Assembly (NCBI GenBank): GCA_018830005.1
Contig: JAHJTE010000001.1
Coordinates: 65,332-129,331 of the forward strand
Direction of reading: 5' to 3'
DNA length: 64,000 bases
Source: Candidatus Omnitrophota bacterium
Lineage (GTDB): Bacteria; Omnitrophota; Gorgyraeia; JAHJTE01
Shown in pieces: positions 58,788 to 64,000 of the stretch (within the stretch, counting starts at the first letter, position 1; the number at the start of each line of letters is the position of its first letter). Made by a program: the position numbers and the translations under genes. The notes below the pieces were generated by a model. It was given only the letters and a program-made list of their open reading frames with translations. It had not been told where the DNA came from and did not search any database.

Positions 58788-60322
58788 ACCCTCCAGAGAC
58801 TAAAAATTCCGAATTTTCCTCTTTTTTACTAAGCGTTGCCTCCGGTTTTCTTCTTGTTTTTTCTTTCCCGCCTTTTAATCTGAGTCTGTTTTCTTGGATT
58901 GCTTTTATTCCTTTGCTTTGTGTTATCAATAGAGTTTCGGCTAGAGGAGCCTTTTTATATAGTTATCTTGCTGCAGGAATATTTTTTTATTTTAGCCTAT
59001 TTTGGTTGACTAAAGTTACTATTGTAGGCTGGTTAGTCCTTGGTCTATACCTAAGTTTATATCCTGCCTTTTTTGGATTGTTAACCTCCTTTTGTTTAAA
59101 GTCGTTTATAAATGAAAATCGCAAGCTGTATTTATTGTTTATCTTACCTTGTATCTGGGTCGGGTTTGAATTCGTTCGCTCACATCTTTTAACTGGATTT
59201 GGATGGAACTCTCTGGGGTATTCTCAATTTAGAAATCTTGCCTTGATTCAGATAGCGGATTCTTCTGGTGTATATGGCGTATCCTTTGTAGTCATGTTCG
59301 CCAATTGTATTTTCTGGATGGTTACAGAGGAAGTTATAGCGCGCAAACAAGGTATTTACAAGAAGATCATAGGTTTATTACTCTCTCTTGCTTTTGTCTT
59401 GGTTAGTGTTTTAGGTTATGGTCTACTACGTTTGGCTGAGAATTTTAGTAAAAAACAAGATATCTTGCGCGTATCTATAGTCCAGCCTAACATATCTCAA
59501 AACCTAAAATGGAATCCATACGCAAAAGATTATATCTTAGAAGAGATCATTGACCTTAGTATAGAGGCAGCCAAAGATGCTCCAGATATGATTATATGGC
59601 CGGAAAGCGCTCTCCCTATATATTTCGAATTGGACTCAGGGATTTTTGATGTGGTATCTGGATTAGCCAAGGATTTAAATACACACCTGTTAACAGGGGC
59701 TGTAAGGGTTGAGCAAGATGAATTCTATAATAGTGCTATATTGATTTCACCGCAGGGAAGCTTATTGACTTTATATGATAAATTACATCTTGTCCCCTAT
59801 GGTGAATTCATACCTTTTCGGAGATTAACTCCATTTTTGGCCTCAATAGTAGGGATTGGAGATTTTAGCTGGGGAAAATCCTACACTATATTTAATTTAA
59901 AAGATATAAGATTTGCTGTTCTCATATGTTTTGAAGATGCCTTTAGTAATTTATCTAGACAATTCTTAAAGGAGGGCGCATCTATCCTAGTGAATATCAC
60001 AAATGATGCCTGGTTTGATAGACAGGCCGAACCCCAGCAGCATCTTTCACAAAGTGTATTTAGGGCTGTTGAAAATCGCGTAAGCATTGTGCGTTGCGCT
60101 AATACAGGTATATCAGGATTAATCAATGCTAAAGGCAAGATGGAAAAATTTGTTAGCGAAGAGACATTTGTTAGGGGCTTTAAGACATTTCCTGTGGCTG
60201 TCAAATTAGATTACCAGACATATTATAATCGCCATGGTGATTTATTCGTATTAATCTGTATTATTCTAGCCATGCTTGCAATTACAAAGAGCATCTATAC
60301 GAAAATAAAGGCAAAGGCATGA
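58784..60322 (+). CDS. lnt: apolipoprotein N-acyltransferase
   Basis: About 7 TM plus a CN-hydrolase domain (E..K..C triad region, VLICFEDAF). 512 aa. Confidence 0.8.
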   Translation: MNPPETKNSEFSSFLLSVASGFLLVFSFPPFNLSLFSWIAFIPLLCVINRVSARGAFLYSYLAAGIFFYFSLFWLTKVTIVGWLVLGLYLSLYPAFFGLLTSFCLKSFINENRKLYLLFILPCIWVGFEFVRSHLLTGFGWNSLGYSQFRNLALIQIADSSGVYGVSFVVMFANCIFWMVTEEVIARKQGIYKKIIGLLLSLAFVLVSVLGYGLLRLAENFSKKQDILRVSIVQPNISQNLKWNPYAKDYILEEIIDLSIEAAKDAPDMIIWPESALPIYFELDSGIFDVVSGLAKDLNTHLLTGAVRVEQDEFYNSAILISPQGSLLTLYDKLHLVPYGEFIPFRRLTPFLASIVGIGDFSWGKSYTIFNLKDIRFAVLICFEDAFSNLSRQFLKEGASILVNITNDAWFDRQAEPQQHLSQSVFRAVENRVSIVRCANTGISGLINAKGKMEKFVSEETFVRGFKTFPVAVKLDYQTYYNRHGDLFVLICIILAMLAITKSIYTKIKAKA

Positions 60323-61860
60323 TTTCTAGACGAGATAGAAGCTTTGATGTTTATTCTTATTGCATAATTGCCTTATTTGTTATTATTCTTATCTTGCGTT
60401 GGAAATGGATGCCAACTTTTATAGATATATATTATCATCTTCTGACAGTGCTTAACTTTTACCGTTGCGGAGGAATACCTTCTATTTCTTTCTGGGAGTA
60501 TGCACCTTACGGTAGACCGCATTTATATCCACCCCTTTTGCACATCCTGATGCTCATTGTGTTCAAACTGAATGGCAATATTCTAACTACAGCTCGAATA
60601 TTTGAATTATTAATCTTTCCTTTCATGCTCTGCACTATTTTCCTAACCATAAAGACTGTTTTCGGCTGCCGTTTGGCGTTTTGGTCTGTTTTAATAGCAT
60701 CTTCCATGTATTCGTTTTATCTCTCGAGTGTTGATTTTCTTCCTGCAAGTCTAGCCTTTTGTCTGGGATTGTTAGTTTTTTATAGTCTTGAGCGAAACAG
60801 GATTATTGCCGCAATTATTTTTATGGCGCTTGCCTTCTACAGCCATGTCAGCATTTCCTTCTTTTTCTTTTTAGCCTTGATTATCTATGGACTAACTTTT
60901 AGAGAACGATTGTTGAATATTGTAAAGATCACCTCGGCCTCGTTATTTTTATATCTGCCTTTATTAATCCATCAGCTGCGTTATCTTAGCTTTTTTGACC
61001 CGCACAAGACAAGAGAGAATTTTCCATTTGAACTGAATATCAGCGTATATCTTTTAGCCATTATCGGAATATTCTTAGCAATCAGGCAAAAGAAAAAGTT
61101 TCTTTTTTTCATTGCTCTTGTTTTTGCCGGAATAGTCTTTTTGCCTCTGCGCTATCGAATCTTTAGTGGCCAGGGAATGATAGGCATAATTTTACTTGCG
61201 GCATTAAGTTTAGAATTTTTCTACGATAAATTAATTAATAAATTCCCTAAATCCTCGCCTGTTTTTAGAAGTCTTGCCTATATATCTTTAGTTTTTTTTG
61301 CTATATTTTTAATTTCTCCTACAATTTCAATTCATGAATCAGACGTTAAATTCAATCTCATAGGTTCAACTTATATAAATATTATCCCTTCTCAAGAAGT
61401 CAGAGAGCGCACAAACGAGATATCCATATACCTGCCTAAAACCTTCTCTCCTGTTATTGATGTGGTCGAGGACCAGACAAATCAGGATGAATTAATTGCT
61501 TCAAATTTTGAGTATCTGGCAGGCTTTATTTCTGTTTTTAGCCAGAGAGCGACAACAAGTGCGATGTTGCCGGAGATAATGCCATTTAGGGATATCAATC
61601 CTTTTAAACATGCTAAATTGATAATTTGGCTTAAGGATCCAGACAGGCTAACCATAGAGCCTGAAAGGTTAATAGAAGGATTAGATCTGGTTAAAGTAGC
61701 CGAGACTGAAATTTTCTTTATATATAAGAATCCGCAGGCAAATTTTAAACAAAAGGATTCCCAGCGTAGCATTGCCTACGGCGTCTGCATTGTGCTTTTA
61801 ATTGCCTCGTTGGCAATTGCTATATTTGATTTATGCCGCAGGACTGAACTTAAGGCTTGA
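60319..61860 (+). CDS. polytopic membrane protein, possible GT-C glycosyltransferase (ArnT/PMT-like)
   Basis: 513 aa with more than 10 TM helices. Loop pattern similar to the 29097 GT39-like gene. No firm motif. Confidence 0.3.
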   Translation: MISRRDRSFDVYSYCIIALFVIILILRWKWMPTFIDIYYHLLTVLNFYRCGGIPSISFWEYAPYGRPHLYPPLLHILMLIVFKLNGNILTTARIFELLIFPFMLCTIFLTIKTVFGCRLAFWSVLIASSMYSFYLSSVDFLPASLAFCLGLLVFYSLERNRIIAAIIFMALAFYSHVSISFFFFLALIIYGLTFRERLLNIVKITSASLFLYLPLLIHQLRYLSFFDPHKTRENFPFELNISVYLLAIIGIFLAIRQKKKFLFFIALVFAGIVFLPLRYRIFSGQGMIGIILLAALSLEFFYDKLINKFPKSSPVFRSLAYISLVFFAIFLISPTISIHESDVKFNLIGSTYINIIPSQEVRERTNEISIYLPKTFSPVIDVVEDQTNQDELIASNFEYLAGFISVFSQRATTSAMLPEIMPFRDINPFKHAKLIIWLKDPDRLTIEPERLIEGLDLVKVAETEIFFIYKNPQANFKQKDSQRSIAYGVCIVLLIASLAIAIFDLCRRTELKA

Positions 61861-61896
61861 AAATTACAATTTTACTATGTTATAATCGCAGATAAC

Positions 61897-62826
61897 GTGG
61901 CTAAAAAAAGATTTAAGAGATTTTGGAGGCGCTTGGTAAGCATTTCAGCTTTGTATTTCTCTCTCTTCCTTGTTAAATTACTGCCTTTAGATTCTATCTA
62001 TAGAATTTCTAAATTTTTGGCTAAGATTGTCTATCTGGTGGCAGGAAGGCATCGCTGCGTTGCAGAGGAAGGGCTTAAGATAGCTTTTGGCGATACGATT
62101 GGTTCAAAGCAGATAAAGACTATTATCTTGGGTTGTTTCGAGGAATCTATAAAAGGCGCACTGGAGACATTGGTTTGTTGTCAATGCCCAGCTAAGATAA
62201 AAGAACAAATCTCAATAAAAGGTAGCGAGTATTTAGAGCAGGCCTTAACGCGCGGTAAGGGCGCAATATGCGTCAGTGCTCATTTTGGGAATTTTCCTCT
62301 TCTAATGGTCCGTTTACAATTCGCTGGTTTTCCTTGCGCAATAATATTACGTCCCATGCGCGATGAGAATATCGATAGGTTCTTATTAAAGAAAATTAAA
62401 TTCTTTGGCCTGGAGAGTATTTACACTAAACCCGCTAAGGCCTGTGTAGATAAAGCATTATCATTTTTGAAAAAGAATGGAATATTCTCTCTTCAACTTG
62501 ACCAGAATTTTGGTTCAGGCAGAGGCGTGTTTGTGGATTTCTTTGGTAAACAGGCAGCTACGGCTACGGGGCCGGTGGTCATGGCCTTACGTTCAAAAGC
62601 GGCCATAATGCCAGTCTTTATTATTAGAAAAGAGGATAATACTCAGGAGATTATTATTGAACCAGAGTTTGTGATAGAGAAGAAAGAAAACTTCGATGAG
62701 ACAGTAAAAGTAAATATTGCCAAACTTACTAAGATTATTGAAAATTATATTAGGAGATATCCTGCTCAATGGAGCTGGATTCATCGCCGCTGGAAGAGCA
62801 GGCCAGCAAGTGGAGAAGGGCATTAA
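61897..62826 (+). CDS. LpxL/HtrB-family lipid A (lysophospholipid) acyltransferase
   Basis: N-terminal TM, Lip_A_acyltrans architecture, SAHFGNFPL catalytic-His region. 309 aa. Confidence 0.6.
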   Translation: MAKKRFKRFWRRLVSISALYFSLFLVKLLPLDSIYRISKFLAKIVYLVAGRHRCVAEEGLKIAFGDTIGSKQIKTIILGCFEESIKGALETLVCCQCPAKIKEQISIKGSEYLEQALTRGKGAICVSAHFGNFPLLMVRLQFAGFPCAIILRPMRDENIDRFLLKKIKFFGLESIYTKPAKACVDKALSFLKKNGIFSLQLDQNFGSGRGVFVDFFGKQAATATGPVVMALRSKAAIMPVFIIRKEDNTQEIIIEPEFVIEKKENFDETVKVNIAKLTKIIENYIRRYPAQWSWIHRRWKSRPASGEGH

Positions 62827-62840
62827 ATAGGAGGTTAGCC

Positions 62841-63029
62841 ATGGCAGAAGATATCAACAGGAAGGGATTCAATACAGCATTAAAAGTTATTTTAGGTATG
62901 GCCCTGGTTATTATTGGCGTAATATCTATAGTAATCTTTTGGCCTAGTGTTGTTGAAATTATAAAGGCCTGTCTTGGATTTGTTCTCCTTTTAGCCGGTG
63001 CGATTATGCTAGCAATAGCCAAGGATTAA
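62841..63029 (+). CDS. small membrane protein (63 aa)
   Basis: ATG with a TAGGAGG SD. Two TM helices. Confidence 0.3.
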   Translation: MAEDINRKGFNTALKVILGMALVIIGVISIVIFWPSVVEIIKACLGFVLLLAGAIMLAIAKD

Positions 63030-63042
63030 TTAGCACTAAGTT

Positions 63043-64000
63043 ATGAAAAAACGTTATAAATTTACAGCCTTAATATTTTTGAGTCTTTTAGTCTATATTG
63101 TTGCCGGAAGGTTAGGATTTAATTTCCAACAAGCACTCTCCTTAGCTGTCTTTTCCCTTTCAATATGTGGAACGCTCCTGTTTTGGCAATTCCGCTTGAG
63201 TTTCTCATTTTTAGGCGTCTCACTTCTACTTTTGACCAATACTATTAATCTTGAGAATTTGATACGCTTTGCCTCTTTAGAGATTATTCTCTTTTTAGTG
63301 GGGATGATGATTATAGTCGGCATGCTTAAGGATAGTGGTTTCTTTTCCTGGATAGTGCAGCTCATATTACGCATACCAAATTTAACTGCTAAGAAATTTT
63401 TAATTGTTACGGCTCTTATTTCGGCCGCACTTACAATGATGATTGACGAGGTCTCGGCGATTATTTTTGTGGTTGCTGCAATATTAGAGATCTGCGATTA
63501 TTTTGAGGTAAAACCACTTCCATTTATTATTATTGCAGTAATTAGTGCGAATGTTGGCAGCGCCGGCACTGTTTTGGGTAATCCGATAGGAATCATCATT
63601 GCTTCGAAAAGTGGGCTTACATTTGAAGATTTTATGATTAAGGCCTTTCCGTTAATGCTAATAGCTTTATTCTTTACCATTTTGCTTTTAATGTTTTGGT
63701 ACAGAAAGGCATTGGATCAGTTTAACAAAAATATAAAAATTTTCGGAAAAAATGAGATGCTCCTACATCTTATTTCTGTACCGCCGGACAGGCAGTTAAA
63801 GATTGGACTATTTACCTTTGGGATGACGATTCTCTTTATTGCCTTGCATCATCGTTTGGAGGTATTCTTTAATTTAGAAGCTAATACCATGCTTTTAATT
63901 ATGCCATTGATTTTTGCTGCTATTGTTATGATTTGGAAGTCATCTAAGGCGCGTGAATATGTTGAAAAAGATGTGGAGTGGTGGACGTTACTTTTCTTTA
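63043..64000 (+). CDS. ArsB/NhaD-superfamily anion permease, 3' partial (runs off the window)
   Basis: Open frame from ATG 63043 to the window end (absent from the ORF track because it has no stop). Multi-TM with a GSAGTVLGNPIGIIIA motif. Confidence 0.5.
   Translation, partial: MKKRYKFTALIFLSLLVYIVAGRLGFNFQQALSLAVFSLSICGTLLFWQFRLSFSFLGVSLLLLTNTINLENLIRFASLEIILFLVGMMIIVGMLKDSGFFSWIVQLILRIPNLTAKKFLIVTALISAALTMMIDEVSAIIFVVAAILEICDYFEVKPLPFIIIAVISANVGSAGTVLGNPIGIIIASKSGLTFEDFMIKAFPLMLIALFFTILLLMFWYRKALDQFNKNIKIFGKNEMLLHLISVPPDRQLKIGLFTFGMTILFIALHHRLEVFFNLEANTMLLIMPLIFAAIVMIWKSSKAREYVEKDVEWWTLLFF

Noticed and set aside
63093-63680. Two minus-strand ORFs (63093-63374 and 63498-63680)
   Set aside because: Both lie inside the long uninterrupted + strand permease frame starting at 63043, which has clear TM and GSAG motifs.
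1-64000. CRISPR arrays, IS elements, integrons, prophage remnants
   Set aside because: No regularly spaced direct repeats were seen. There is no transposase, integrase or recombinase ORF. Both tRNA-flanked borders lack att-like duplications, and composition appears uniform.

Overview
This is a 64 kb chromosomal segment from a low-GC bacterium (roughly 38-40% GC by eye). It is almost certainly a diderm: the window contains MlaFED, MurJ, Lnt, an LpxL-like acyltransferase, LptE/BamD-like lipoproteins and an Omp85-type beta-barrel. I read about 70 CDS, nearly all on the + strand. The one exception is a tRNA-flanked minus-strand block (tRNA-Leu, stomatin/SPFH, NfeD and a small membrane protein) plus rpsT. 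The housekeeping core comprises the V-type ATPase I/K subunits (5' partial), a HIT protein, mlaE/F/D, an M20 peptidase, purH, folC, mnmE, folE, accA, leuS, glgC, rpsT, murJ, a compact uvrC, ogt, pilT, prfB (classic +1 programmed frameshift, CTT TGA C), secA and lnt. There are four tRNAs (Val-UAC, Asp-GUC, Leu-CAA on the minus strand, Ala-GGC), and the two + strand tRNA loci have near-consensus sigma70 promoters. Type IV filament and competence genes are unusually dense: two paralogous three-gene pseudopilin cassettes, a Cys-rich pilin, pilT, comEA and comEC. I found no transposase or integrase, no CRISPR array and no rRNA. The most interesting items are: (1) an M1 zinc peptidase fused to a C-terminal Omp85/TpsB-like beta-barrel; (2) a promoter plus leader-hairpin operon encoding a D-Ala-D-Ala-ligase-family ATP-grasp enzyme and a bona fide lysine 2,3-aminomutase (beta-lysine producer); (3) an EF-G paralog whose catalytic switch-II His is replaced by Tyr; (4) a Cas4-like Fe-S PD-(D/E)XK nuclease sitting with PAC2-family and DUF1805-like genes. 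All family assignments come from motif reading, not from database searches.
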